Shown: positions 1-12,299 of the stretch, one piece after another
Layout of the letters: each line of letters starts with the position of its first letter
Position numbering within the stretch: the first letter of the stretch is position 1
DNA from: Octopus sinensis
Taxonomy: Eukaryota
Reading direction: 5' to 3'
Assembly (NCBI RefSeq): GCF_006345805.1
Contig: NC_042997.1
Location: forward strand, 186,372,001 to 186,436,000
DNA: 64,000 bases
Translations under genes and position numbers: made by a program
The notes under the pieces: model-generated
What the model was told of the DNA's origin: nothing
Database searches by the model: none
What the model saw: the letters and a program-made list of their open reading frames with translations, nothing else

Positions 1-553
1 GCCATTATCAATAAGATTGCTAATTTTTGTAGCATCAACAGCAAAAACTGCTGGGATAAGTGAGCGGGCGTAAAAGGTGGTAAGAAATAATGAAAAAAAA
101 AAAACAACACATGAAGGTTGTATATTTCAGCTATGAGTCAACATAGGGCAAGACGTGCAGAAATAATACCAATGAAAAATGTTCTGTAGGACTTGAAAGG
201 GAAAGTAGAGAGCTAGAAAGATAGAAAGACAGGTGGAAAGATGGAAGAAATAGATAACAAGTTAGAACGAAAAGTGGAAAAATAAACGAACCCTGGGCTA
301 AATGTGAATGCTAAGATGAGAGCACTGGAGAGCATGAGTGAATAGGTCAGCGGTCAAGCAAGAATAGGATGGGTGAAGAGTGAAACAAGATGATCAGGTG
401 GTACGTAAAATGGAGAAGGGCAGAGCGAAAGACAAAGAGTGGTGAGAGGAAAGGCTCGTGCACAGATATACATACATAAAGGGGTAAATGCACACTCACT
501 CGCACATACATATATATACTCACACACACACACCACACACACACACACAACAC

Positions 554-586
<33 letters not shown>

Positions 587-880
587 GTGCATAAAAATAT
601 AGATAAATACTAATATATACGTGTACGCGTATATATGTATGAACAGAGAATGCGCAATGGATCTCTAATGAAAGGTTAATAAACGTTGAATGATTTGCCT
701 TCCTGAAATAAGGAAGTAATCAACTATTTACAGTGAGTTGATAGTATATTTTATATCTCTTTTTCAACATATGCGTTTATTTTGTGTTAATATATGTGCA
801 GACACACGCAAACACAAGACAATCATATGTTCACATACATATGAACACACAAACACACATATGCTTGTATATATAACTCG

Positions 881-927
881 CTAGTTACTCTAGAGTTTCC
901 CTGATGGGTAGCTGGCTCGTCAGATAC
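881..927 (-). ncRNA. Degenerate type I hammerhead ribozyme motif
   Basis: Minus strand reads gtat-CTGACGA-gcc...gg-GAAAC-TCTAGA-GTA-actag. Core boxes intact and stem III palindromic (ACTCTAGAGT); stems I and II poorly paired. Confidence 0.45.
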
Positions 928-1167
928 GAAGAGACTTGTTTGTTTCTTTATGATAAACCGACTACATGTCATGTCCAAGTAATTGCACGCTTCTGCGATA
1001 TAATGTCATTCTCTTCTTCGTTGATATTAAATTTTGTGTATACACATTCATGCAGATAGATAGACAGACATAGATAGATAGAGAGATAGAACAGACAGAC
1101 AGACAGACAAACAGGCGGAAGACAAACAGACAGACAGGCAGACAGACAGACAGGCAGACAGACAGAT

Positions 1168-1572
1168 AGGTGCAGGAGTGGCTGTGGTAAGTAGCTTGCT
1201 TACAAACCTCATAGTTCGGGGTTAAGTCCTACTGCGTGGCACCCTGGGCAAGTGTCTTCTACTATAGCCTCGGGCCGACCAAAGCCTTGTGAGTGGATTT
1301 GGTAGACGGAAACTGAAAGAAGCCCGTCGTATATATGCGCGCGTGTGTGTGTGTGTGTTTGTGTGTGTGTGTCTGTGTTTGTCCTCCCACCATCGCTTGA
1401 CAACCGATGCTGGTGTGTCTACGTCCCCGTAACTTAGCGGTTCGGCAAAAGAGACCGATAGAATAAGTACTAGACTTACAAATAATGAGTTCTGGGGTCG
1501 ATTTGTTCGACTAAAGGCGGTGCTCCAGCATGGCTGCAGTCAAATATCTGAAACAAATAAGAGTAAAAGAAA
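1168..1572 (+). mobile_element. tRNA-derived SINE family A, full length
   Basis: tRNA-like head (aggtgcaggagtggctgtggtaag...), CORE-like box gcaccctgggcaagtg, internal (TG)n, 3' tail ggcggtgctccagcatgg...gaaacaaataagagtaaaaga. More than 10 related copies in the window. Confidence 0.9.
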
Positions 1573-1594
1573 AAGAGACTGACAGACAGACAAT

Positions 1595-1674
<80 letters not shown>

Positions 1675-2351
1675 AAATCTGAACATTGTCTCTGCGGTTG
1701 AAACTGTTCGTTTCAGATCTCCCTGAAATCATCATCAGGTGACTATTATCGTATAGAAATTGTTGACAATGGCTTTATTTATTATATTCAGTTAAACAGA
1801 GAAACGCAGTAAAATCATCTAAAAAAAAACAAATAAAACGCTTTTCAAAAAAATGTCTAGACAGCAGACATTCTTTTACGACATTTGAAAAAAAATAATG
1901 AATATAGAAAACTTGTAAAACTATGTCAAGTGACACTGAATGTCATTGATTTCGAAATTAAAATCATAAAAATTATTAGTAAAAGTCAAGTGAGATAGCT
2001 TAAAATTTAACCTTAGTGAATAAAATAATCTCTCAAATAATAGAGAACTGTGTGTTATATAAAGAGGAAGAGAGAGAATTTGGCTTAAAACGGAAAATGA
2101 AAACTGGAAGAACTGTGTGGACGGAGGGTCTGAATCAAACTTTCCGTATATTTTTACAAAGAACTTCCGACTTCCTTTCCCTGCCTGTCTCACCACTTTC
2201 CCTTTCTCTCTCTTTAGTGTGTGTGAAGACAATAATTCAAATAAAGACCTCTCTCTCTATGTATATATGTATGTATATATATATATATATACACACACAC
2301 ATACACACACATATACATACATGCATAATATATATATATATATATATATAT

Positions 2352-2390
2352 ATGTCTGATGAACGGCAACGAGAAACTCAGAGTAACAGA
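2352..2390 (+). ncRNA. Minimal type I hammerhead motif in a ~75-bp insert within (TA)n
   Basis: tgt-CTGATGA(2356-2362)-a-cg-gcaa-cg-a-GAAAC(2373-2377)-tcaga-GTA-aca. Stem I UGU/ACA; predicted cleavage after 2385. Confidence 0.6.
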
Positions 2391-2438
2391 TTTTGTTGAA
2401 TTTTCTGCTGCTTAAAATAAAGTATATATATATATATA

Positions 2439-2941
2439 TACACGAGCAAAACGTCCCCCGTCCAATTGACGGTGCTGAGTTGTCAAATATTTAAACCAAA
2501 TTTTCTCAAAACAATTAGGCCTCCCCTTTGAGAAACACTGATTTAACCTAAATTTGAGACACCACCAAAAGAAGAAATATAGATAGACTTTTTTCTATTC
2601 CAAAGAAAAACGATTTTATTCACACAAATATGCAACCGAAGAGTTTAAAGTACCAGTAATGATAAGGCTGTTGACTAGGAGAACACAAACATGGTTTAAA
2701 CAGTAAGCTTGGCAGGAAAGGAACGTGCCTTTAAGCAGTACAAAAGCAAAAATGGAAGGTGCAGTTATGTAGAGGTTGACGGAAGAAAAGCAGGACAAAA
2801 ACGGCTTTATCGATCGCATTCTCACCTGGAATCGATTTTTGTAATTTTTTTGAAGACTTATACACGCCCTGATACCGTCGGTATCCTATCTACTTATCAA
2901 ATTTGAGCCCAATCGGTTGGAGAATGCCCGAGATCCTAGAA

Positions 2942-2984
<43 letters not shown>

Positions 2985-3000
2985 CGGATTTTATATAATA
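2439..3000 (+). mobile_element. Possible non-autonomous Helitron/Helentron-type (DINE/HINE-like) element
   Basis: Subterminal hairpin ccgtc-caatt-gacgg near the left end; aaatttgagcccaatcgg...gagatcc, (CA)n and ttttatataata near the right end; inserted in TA repeats. Assignment from architecture only. Confidence 0.4.
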
Positions 3001-3233
3001 TACATATATGCATATATTATTAAAAGTCGGCCGAAGTTACAGTGTTTCAAAGAGCTGAGAATTTTGTGCATTGCCATTTATCAAACTAGTTTCATATTAT
3101 TGAGTTAAAACTAGCTCTATAAGTGCCAACGCACGAAACACTCGGCCTTGGAGTCAATCGAACAATTACTAGTAAAAGAAAACTCATATATTCACGTTTG
3201 AGTTCTGTATTTCTTGCTTGCGTCACCCCGAAC

Positions 3234-3320
<87 letters not shown>

Positions 3321-3549
3321 CAGTTGTATGCCAGACTTGTTTGGTGACGTCTTGGCAGCGGTGCACTGCAACTGGCAGCAAAACGGTGCATCCCCGGTTT
3401 TGTGAGCCGAGGAGCCGTAACACTGCTGAAAAAAGATCTAAACAAGGGGGACGCAATAGATAACTTTAGGCCCATGACTGTGCTTTATGCAGACTTGAAA
3501 ATTTTGGCCAAGGTGTTAGCCAAGAAGTTGGCGCTTGTCATCGAGAAAC
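3321..3549 (+). pseudogene. L1/Tx1-like LINE reverse transcriptase fragment
   Basis: Translates with one frameshift to ...GAVTLLKKDLNKGDAIDNFRPMTVLYADLKILAKVLAKKL, matching the NxRPIxLLNxDxKILAK motif. Flanked on both sides by (GATA)n. Confidence 0.8.
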
Positions 3550-3651
<102 letters not shown>

Positions 3652-4437
3652 TTGTTTTTTTTATATCTATATTTTGGAGTAGCTTAAGAAAGATTTCACT
3701 GCTATTTCTTTCTACCCATATCGAGAGATATGACAGATGTTCCATTGCTAAATCGTAAACCAATAACTTACTGGGTATAGGGAAAATAGTAATACGTAAG
3801 ATAACTTGTGCCGAAGTTAAAAATATCATTAATTCGTGATTTTATATCAAAGCAATTAAACGATACTACTACAGTGAAAAATATCTATTAAGCAATCTGG
3901 TAATGAATTTGTTAAACTTCAGATAAATAACACGCATTTACTTCGGTGAGTGTTAGAAGCTGTCATTTAAGTAAATCTATGCACATCTGTTTCTCATGAA
4001 ATTAACACTTTCTTCAGTTCTGCAAAGCTGTAAACTTTACTATTGGGTCTGTTGCAATATAATATGCACTTCGTCATGTAAAGGAATCTACGAGATCACT
4101 TAATGAGATTTCCACTTTATTCCATTGGTCTTTGTGAAAAAAAAAAAACTAAAACGGATCTAAGCAATAACACTCAACCGAGCAGTTTCAATCTATTTCT
4201 TTCCTCTCTCTCACTCTCTCTCTCTTTATACACACATACACACACGTGTTCATATGTCCATATACATGCCTACATATATATAAAGAGAGAGAGAGAGAGG
4301 GGGGACAGACAGACAGACAGAGGCGTGGAAGAACAAACAGGATATATAGAATTCAGTATAGGAATACGTACATAAAAGTCTTTTTCTCGAACACTCCAGA
4401 GATCATTATAATTAATTTTCATATTCCTGTATGAGGA

Positions 4438-4519
4438 GTCGTCGTGGCCGAGTGGTTAAGGCGATGGACTAGAAATCCATTGGGGTTTCCCCGCGTAGGT
4501 TCGAATCCTACCGGCGACG
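4438..4519 (+). tRNA. tRNA-Ser(AGA): tRNA-Ser, anticodon AGA
   Basis: 82 nt; acceptor stem GTCGTCG/CGGCGAC with G discriminator; A box TGGCCGAGTGG; anticodon loop CT-AGA-AA; long variable arm GGGG-TTT-CCCC; B box GGTTCGAATCC; oligo-T terminator at ~4535. Confidence 0.97.
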
Positions 4520-4727
4520 TCAATTACATGCTCATTTTTTTTTAGCACTGTATACACTGTATAAAGAGAGAGAGAGAGAGAGAGAGAGAGGGGGACAGAC
4601 AGACAGACAGAGGCGTGGAAGAACAAACAGGATAAATAGAATTCAGTATATGAATACGTACATAAAAGTCTTTTTCTCGAACACTCCAGAGATCATTATA
4701 ATTAGTTTTCATATTCCTGTATGAGGA

Positions 4728-4809
4728 GTCGTCGTGGCCGAGTGGTTAAGGCGATGGACTAGAAATCCATTGGGGTTTCCCCGCGTAGGTTCCAATCCTA
4801 CCGGCGACG
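4728..4809 (+). tRNA. tRNA-Ser(AGA): tRNA-Ser(AGA), second copy with T-loop substitution (GGTTCCAATCC)
   Basis: Identical to 4438-4519 except G>C at 4793 in the B box/T loop; oligo-T downstream; part of a ~290-bp tandem duplication. Confidence 0.85.
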
Positions 4810-5099
4810 TCAATTACATACTCGTTTTTTTTTGTTTTTTTTTTTGTGGTACACCTATACAATAATTTCATTATTATTATTTTATTGTTATTATAACGGA
4901 TATACCATGAAAGCTGAAAACGTATCCTTTGTGTACCAGAGAAAATATAGGGCAGAGAGAAACTGAAGCCTGGTCTATGTTCATATTTTTTATAATTGTT
5001 AACGGAAGAAGAGTCAAAACGAATCTAACAAGGACGCTCTTTGGTGGATGCTAACCATTTCACTTCCAGGAATTTCGGAGAATTATAGTCAATCTGGAA

Positions 5100-5710
5100 C
5101 TGTGGTCCTCAAACTTCATCCGTATGACCCCCGGGGGTCCATATAAGATTTTGTGGGGTCTATGTAACAAAAGAGTAAATTGGGGATCCACGAAAGAATT
5201 TAAGGGACCATGAACAAATTTTGCTTTAGATGTATGTGTTGGTATGTATTGCAAGAAACATCTAGGTTCTTTGTCTAATATTTCACATAGTTCAACCTAC
5301 TCAAGTTAATGTGTGAAAAAAAATAGGAATATTGAAAGAAGTTTCCATTAAACTAGTTTTTAAATATCGAATAGTTACGGGGTCCACCAGAATGAAATAG
5401 TAATCAAAGGGGGTCCACGAAACCAAAATAGTAAATTGGGGATCTACAGTAGTTTTTTGAGGGCCCCTGAAAACATTTCGTTTTAGATGTATGTATTGGT
5501 ATGTATTGCTAAAAAGATCTAGGTTTCTTTGTTCAATATTTTACATAACTCAACCAACAGAAGTTTATGTGAATAAAGCAAAATTGGAATTTTTAAAGAA
5601 GTTTCTACAAAACTAGTTTTTAAACATTGAATGGTTATGGGAGTCCACCAGAATAAAAAAAAAGTAACCAAAGGCGCCCATAGATAAAGAAAAATGGTTG
5701 AGAAATCCTT
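5100..5710. mobile_element. hAT (Charlie-like) non-autonomous element/MITE
   Basis: Imperfect TIRs ctgtggtcctcaaac / ggttgagaaatcctt; 8-bp TSD atctggaa (5092-5099) / atctagaa (5711-5718), fitting the NTCTAGAN preference; internal ~250-bp diverged duplication. Confidence 0.75.
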
Positions 5711-6428
5711 ATCTAGAATTTTGTATTCCAAGATACTCCTTCTCACTTTTGATCAAATTCAAGATCGTTTATTTTCCAGATCTAAAGAAGGTTTTTGGAA
5801 ATGTTAGTCAAGCTAAGAGAACTGTTTAGGTAAATTTTGTTCTTATATTATTCAGAAAGTTTTATGTATTTAAATATTGATTTATGACATTTGGCGGCAG
5901 AGGTGATGTAATCCATTGAATTAACCACAAAACACACCAGAGGCTTATTTTATTAATCCCAGTGGGATGAAAATATAAGCCAACCATGGTGGAATTTAAA
6001 CAAATGACGTTGAGGAATGAAATTAAATACTACAAGATATTTAGCTCAGCAATTTAATATATCTGCCATTTCGTATTCTGGAACATAATGAAGATTTGAA
6101 TTGCACAATTTTTCAGCATACCCTATAAATACTTTATGTTGTAGCAATATTTATCATTGTGTCATGACAAATCTGTACATAATTTCGAGATTACTTTGGT
6201 ATATATCGTCCACATGTAGAATATTATAGAAGAATGATCTACTGAACCAAGAATATTTGTTAATATTTTTATCACACTTGTTAATATTTGTACCACTTGT
6301 TAATATTTGTATCACACAAAGGGGGCAGAATCGTTATCGCACCGGGCAAGATATTTGACGGCATTTCGTCATATGTACTTATATAATATACTCACTGGTA
6401 GGCACGTACACGCGCGCAAGTGCACGCA

Positions 6429-6464
<36 letters not shown>

Positions 6465-7106
6465 CGTATTTCAATAAAACCTATCAATTAAACATTTCGC
6501 TAACCAATGTTTTTTCTGAATCAGAACGAAATTCAAGGAGACATGTATTTGCCTAAAAGATACTTAGCAACATACAAGGCGTTAACATTTCATACCTTTT
6601 GTTTAAACTATTGGTGCAATGTGTCAAAAGTCTCAGTTTTTCGCTCAACAACTTGAGTTTGTCTCTAAATATTTAGTTACGTCATCTTACGTTTATTTCA
6701 CTGACAAAGAATAATTATGCACATGATATAAATTGCATAATTAAACTGCGTTGTTAAATCTTCAGAGATTTGTAACCCGCTTTCGCTTTCGTAATTTTAC
6801 TAGATTAGTGACGGACTCGCAATTTCTGTTCCAGCAACAACTGCAAATTCCAGTAAAAGGATACATGAACTTTTACATAAGTCCTCGTTGAAGTTTCGAT
6901 ACTACTTACTTGTTGTACAATTTAAATTTCAAAACGCATTATATGTGTGTGTGTTTGGGTGCGTGCGTATCTGTATGTGTATGTGCGTATTCAAGTATAT
7001 ATGTAGACACACACATTCGGGCGAGATAACAATACAGAACGCAAGATAAGTAACTGGGGTTATACTGTTATTGACATGCCATACATACATACATAGATAC
7101 ATACAT

Positions 7107-7165
<59 letters not shown>

Positions 7166-7166
<1 letters not shown>

Positions 7167-7415
7167 TGTTCCTTCTCGAGACTGGCTCATAAGGGCCGGT
7201 TTCCCGGTTTCTTGGCGTATAGGTTCCCCACCTGGACAGAGTGAGAGAAAGTTATGGCGAAAGAGTCAGCAGAAGTTCGCCATTACCTTCTGCCGGAACC
7301 GCGTGGAGCTTAGGTGTTTCGCTCATAAACACACACATCGTCTGGTCTGAGATTCGAACCCGCGATCCCGCGACTGCGAGTCCGCAGCTCTAACCCCTAG
7401 GCCATGTGCCTCCAC
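7166..7415 (-). mobile_element. tRNA-derived SINE family B head with an alternative short tail
   Basis: Minus strand gtggaggcacatggcctaggggttagagc...gggttcgaatctc (A/B boxes). Body matches 52691-53074 up to tttctctcactct, then diverges. Confidence 0.85.
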
Positions 7416-7728
7416 ACATACATATATGTTTATAAACATACATGTATGTACATACATATATATGCATACATATGTATGTATGTATTTTTTGTGTTTATAA
7501 TTCTTTAAATGCTTTCTTTGGGGAAAGAGTTGGTTTCTAACAAAGATACAAAACTGCAGAGTTGGAATGTAGATAACGGATATGATCTATGCGTATTCAT
7601 CTTTGTGCACACATCTATCGGGGCAAGTATGGGCCTCATTGCATGACAAACTTCTTGAATGTTCTATATATTTGGTCAGCGCCTTTGAGTTCATATGTAC
7701 GTAAACATATATGTATGTTGTATGTATG

Positions 7729-7960
7729 TAAAATACAGTGTACATTTAAACACATAAGAGATGGCCATAACAGGACATCTGACTCATTAGAAAGAGTAGC
7801 TAAACTACAAACCACTAATAGTTTTAATTCTGAAAGGGAATGAAAGATAAAAACATTTACCCTATTTTCCCTGGACTATGCTTAGTTTCAAGCAATCTTT
7901 TGTAAATAAAATGTCCTGTTATGGCCATCTTTTATCTGTTTAAATGTACACTGTATTTTA
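7729..7960. mobile_element. Fold-back element (50-bp inverted arms) with the 3' half of a hammerhead; Penelope-like end
   Basis: 7729-7778 is the near-perfect reverse complement of 7911-7960. Minus strand has GAAAC-TAAGCATA-GTC-CAGGG (7869-7889). Similar to 22186-22390. Confidence 0.65.
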
Positions 7961-8052
7961 TATGAATAATATATAGTCTATTGACTAATTTTTTTTCTCG
8001 CTAGACCAATGGTAGCAAAGAATTTTTCTAAATTTTTTTGCTAACCTAAGAT

Positions 8053-8084
<32 letters not shown>

Positions 8085-8499
8085 TGTATGTATGTATGTA
8101 TGTATGTATGTATGTATGTATGTATGTATGTATGTATGTATGTATGTATGTATGTGTGTGTGTGTGTTTATGTATGTATGTATGTATGTTTGTATGTAAG
8201 TATGTATGTATGTATGTATGTATGTATGTATGTATGTATGTACGTACGTATGTGTGTACTGTTGTTTCAAGTATGAGTTCCTTTTACACTGGAATTTGTT
8301 GTATAAATGTCTGCTTTTTCAAGGATTGTGTGTAGTAGCAATTGACTAATTGTACTGTAGATGACTGGTCTTATAAATAGGATCGGAATTTATCTAGGTG
8401 ATACTTAAAATACTTCAACGGTTATCACAGTCACTGCCTTGCTTTCTTAAGTTAAAAAACAAACTTGAATAAACGGTGTACTATAGTGCTGTTAATTGA

Positions 8500-9330
8500 T
8501 TGTTATCTTACGATAACAATCTTTGAAAGCCAAGAGAAACTCTCTATACTTTTATTTACTCGATGATATAAACCGAGGCTTGGTATTTTCGTCTCCTGAA
8601 TCTTCTAAATGTAGATAATGGTGTATCTATTTTTGCAATATTAGTCTAGGAAGTAAAAAATCAGAAATGGCAGTTGTTCTCAATAAGTTTAGTTGCTGAA
8701 TTGAAGTTGTATTTTAGTGTCGGCATTATCTAGTAAAATAGAATCGAATTACACAACAGAAGTTAGAAGCAGTAAATCTATATAGCTCACAAGCAATATT
8801 TTCTGTAAAACCAATATTTCTGCAAGGTTTGTATTATAGAAGGCTTTCAGTTTGATAGCTAGCCATACATTAATACCAAGCACTTAGAATATGCTAGTAA
8901 TTGACAACTTCAGGACTTTGTTAGATAACTTACAATGTATGAGTACCGTGCTTTTAGAATATTGGTGATTTTCACGTCCAGAATCGATATGCGTTTTGTG
9001 GTTGCTTCTTTGTTTGTAATTGCATAATATTTTCATTTATTGATTCCTTCTCATAAAGGAGGACACACTTTCTTCAAATGAAATTCACCTTATCCTTCCT
9101 TGCTCGTTTCTCTATAAAGTTCAGTATTTGTGTAGTCATTGAATATCGTTTCTTCTCTTTGTCCCAAAATAATAGAATTGTTTGCACCATCTGTATAATT
9201 AAAGAGACTGGCAAGCAGAAACCCATCACCGCCGTCTTTTGTACAAGCATGGTGATCAACCAGATACGTCTTAGAATACTACCTTGTAGAAACTCCACTG
9301 CTTGCCGGGAATATTGCTACTAGTATAACG
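8500..9330 (-). pseudogene. Heavily decayed RTE-like LINE RT remnant
   Basis: Minus-strand pieces FLQGSIL (cf. GVLQGDxL), FNYTDG (cf. DYADD), TESLL*Y and LLDNADTK (cf. LDGxYTR) in the expected order; many stops. Confidence 0.4.
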
Positions 9331-10486
9331 TTATTCAGTTAACAACTAGCGTAGACATGGCTGCGATCAATCCTCGTGCATTGTAACATGGGTAGATGCA
9401 TTTTTCATACTCTCGGGCTGAAGAAAGCTTTATAAGTGAGTTTGCGTACAGGGAAACTGAATAGAAGTCCATAAAATAGAATTTACCTGTAATTCTAGTA
9501 ATGAATTATTATTATAATTATAATGAATTTACCTGTAATTTAATCAATTTTATTCACCTCTTTCGGAATCTGCCTTTCGTAAATATTACGGACCGTATAT
9601 TTAATATAATGTAAATGTCTGAATAGCTCAAGAACGGATTTCGTCATTCACCTTGTCGCAGTGGTGTCACACTGAGATTACCGGAGAATTTCACTAAAGA
9701 TTCACGTGTGTGTGTACTCATAACTCAATATTCAGTCAGTTCATAGGCTAACTCAATGAGTAACGCCTCCACGTATTCAAACAACAGGACGTCCATTTGT
9801 CGAAATCGACGTGAAATACGATCATTCAGCTAACAGAAGGCCCACATATTCAGCTGTCGCAAAATACTAAGATGTGTCAATTTGTGGCATAGTTTATTTT
9901 GCCAAAAGCCTTTGATGAAAGCTTTAAGAAAATCTTAAATGTAGTTTAATTCAGCGTTGTGCACCAACGTAAGCATACGCAGAGCAATGAGAGAGCTTTC
10001 ATGCAGTGGATAGACTTAGGGATATACAAGAACACAAGCAAACATATGTATTCTATTTTCAAACAGTTTACTACATATGTACATAGTATCATCGGTTTCC
10101 AAACATCGGAACACATGAAGAATATTCCTTTCCATCATACCTATCAGCTCACCGGCTCTAAGTTTACTTTTTTTTTTTCACAGAACTTACGTATACTCGA
10201 CATTTGATCCACATGGTGAATATAAAACATAGAACATTGCAAAAGAAAATGTATACGTGTAGGTGTGCGTATGTACGTGTGTTTATGTGTGTGCATGTGT
10301 GCGTATGCGTGCGTGTGTGTGTATACATGCACAAATATATAACGTATTTATATATTGTATACATACATATTACACAGTGCATACACGTATACATATACAC
10401 GCATACATTATATATATTTTTAGATAAGCATAGAACTGCATGTTAAGATGCGTGTGTGCACGTATGTATGTATGTGTATATATATC

Positions 10487-10563
<77 letters not shown>

Positions 10564-10876
10564 ATATATATAAACACACACACACATATATATATGTGTG
10601 TATGTGTGTATGTGTGTATGTGTATAAATAAGAATCAGTTGAATTATACACTTAGAATGTGGCACCTCGTTAGGTCGGAATAGTATTATGTAAATATGAA
10701 ACTTGTTACATAAGTACCGGCCGAATGATATTCTTACAGTTCATGTAGAGAATTAAAGCCAGCTGAACGAATAAATCCGTTCTTGAGCTATTCAGACATT
10801 TATATTATATTAAATATGCGGTCCATAATACTTACGAAAGGCAGATTCCGAGAGAAGTGAATAAAATATAAATGAT

Positions 10877-10992
10877 TAACAGTAGAAGTACAAGTGCCAA
10901 TCCATTACGGCCGTTTCTAACGACTCCTTTACTCAATTAAAAGAGTAGTTAGAAACGGCCGTAGTAGATTGACACCTTTACCTCTGCTGTTA
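10877..10992. repeat. Imperfect palindrome carrying a hammerhead 3' half on each strand
   Basis: ~55-bp arms; GAAAC-GGCC-GTA at 10952-10963, mirrored as tacggccgtttc at ~10906-10917. Confidence 0.7.
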
Positions 10993-11005
10993 TGCAATAT
11001 GTATA

Positions 11006-11040
11006 TAACCCTAACCTAACCCTAACCCTATCGCTAACCC
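11006..11040 (+). repeat. Short interstitial telomere-like (TAACCC)n tract
   Basis: taaccctaacctaaccctaaccctatcgctaaccc. Confidence 0.6.
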
Positions 11041-11119
11041 ATACATACATATATGTATGCATCTATGTATGTATGTATGTATGTATATGTATGTATGTGT
11101 GTATATATATATATATGTA

Positions 11120-11150
<31 letters not shown>

Positions 11151-11196
11151 TGTATGTATGTATGTATGTATATGTATGTATGTATGTGTATGTATG

Positions 11197-11235
<39 letters not shown>

Positions 11236-11383
11236 CATTACAACTCACCACGTGGGGCTAATATCAAAATTCTCCTCCACCCTTCTTCTTACTAAATATA
11301 TATGTGTGTTCGTGTGGGTGTGTGTGCGTGTGTGTGTGCGTAAACGCGCGCGCGTATGTTTGTATAGATAGATACATACATAT

Positions 11384-11414
<31 letters not shown>

Positions 11415-11420
11415 CATGTG

Positions 11421-11452
<32 letters not shown>

Positions 11453-11483
11453 GTGTGTGTGTGTGTATGTACACGTATATGTA

Positions 11484-11523
<40 letters not shown>

Positions 11524-11579
11524 GTACATATATATATCTGTATATATATATGTGTGTATATATATATATATGTATGTAT

Positions 11580-12262
11580 ATAAGGGTGCATTGCAGGAAT
11601 TTTCTTCTGAAGTGAAATTTATTAATTTCAGAGAAATATAAAACTCTAATTCTCTTCAAAGTCGATTAAACCGAGTTCAATGCACTTCTTGAAACACTCT
11701 AGTTACTTTGTGAAGGCTCCTTAGAAGTCCTCCCATGTGAACGTGTCCAATCCCGTTGTGATAGGCTTTTTTCATCTTCAACATGGGTGCTCCTGAAGTT
11801 TGCCTTCAGCTTGTGGAACAACCAAAATCATAGGGGGTAAGATGTGAACCATAGACAAGGGAGGGACAGTTTGATGACCATCTCCCTCAAGTAGTAGATT
11901 ACCAGCATGCTCATCACTGAGTACCCTGGGGACAAACTTGGAATATGTTTTGCGCATGTTCAAATCTTTATGAATAATTCTGTGTACAGTTGCCACACAA
12001 ACACCAAACTATGTTTGTTGCCTTTATAGACACACAACAGTTTTCATCCTGAAAACTGAAAATTTCCTGATGTTCTGACGTGTCTCTTATTCCCACATTT
12101 TTCATGATCGCGTATCTCCTTTCTACTGTCTTCAAAACTCCTGTGCTAGCGAAGAAATTTATCCATAGGCAGTTTCAGCAGAGTTTTTGCCCAGTTCAAC
12201 ACAAAATTGCATTGGATAGCTAGTTTCGAACGTCCCCAAAACTTTCTGTAATTAGTCACCTA
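11580..12262 (-). mobile_element. Internally deleted mariner transposon remnant
   Basis: ATVHRIIHKDLNMRKTYSKFVPRVLS (WVPxxL motif region) and a decayed PPYSPDLAP-like segment; degenerate TIR-like ends bounded by TA. Confidence 0.75.
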
Positions 12263-12299
12263 TGACAAGCAGTGTTTAGTAGAGTACGCTCAAAAAAGA

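Noticed and set aside
901-935. Plus-strand hammerhead reading (CTGATGG...GAAG)
   Set aside because: Both core boxes are mutated; the minus-strand reading fits better.
1695-1745. Minus-strand CTGATGA with ttcag/ctgaa hairpin
   Set aside because: No properly placed GAAA, stem III or stem I.
3975-4022. CTGAAGA...GAAACAGATGTG on the minus strand
   Set aside because: GUG triplet and no stem I or II pairing; could be chance.
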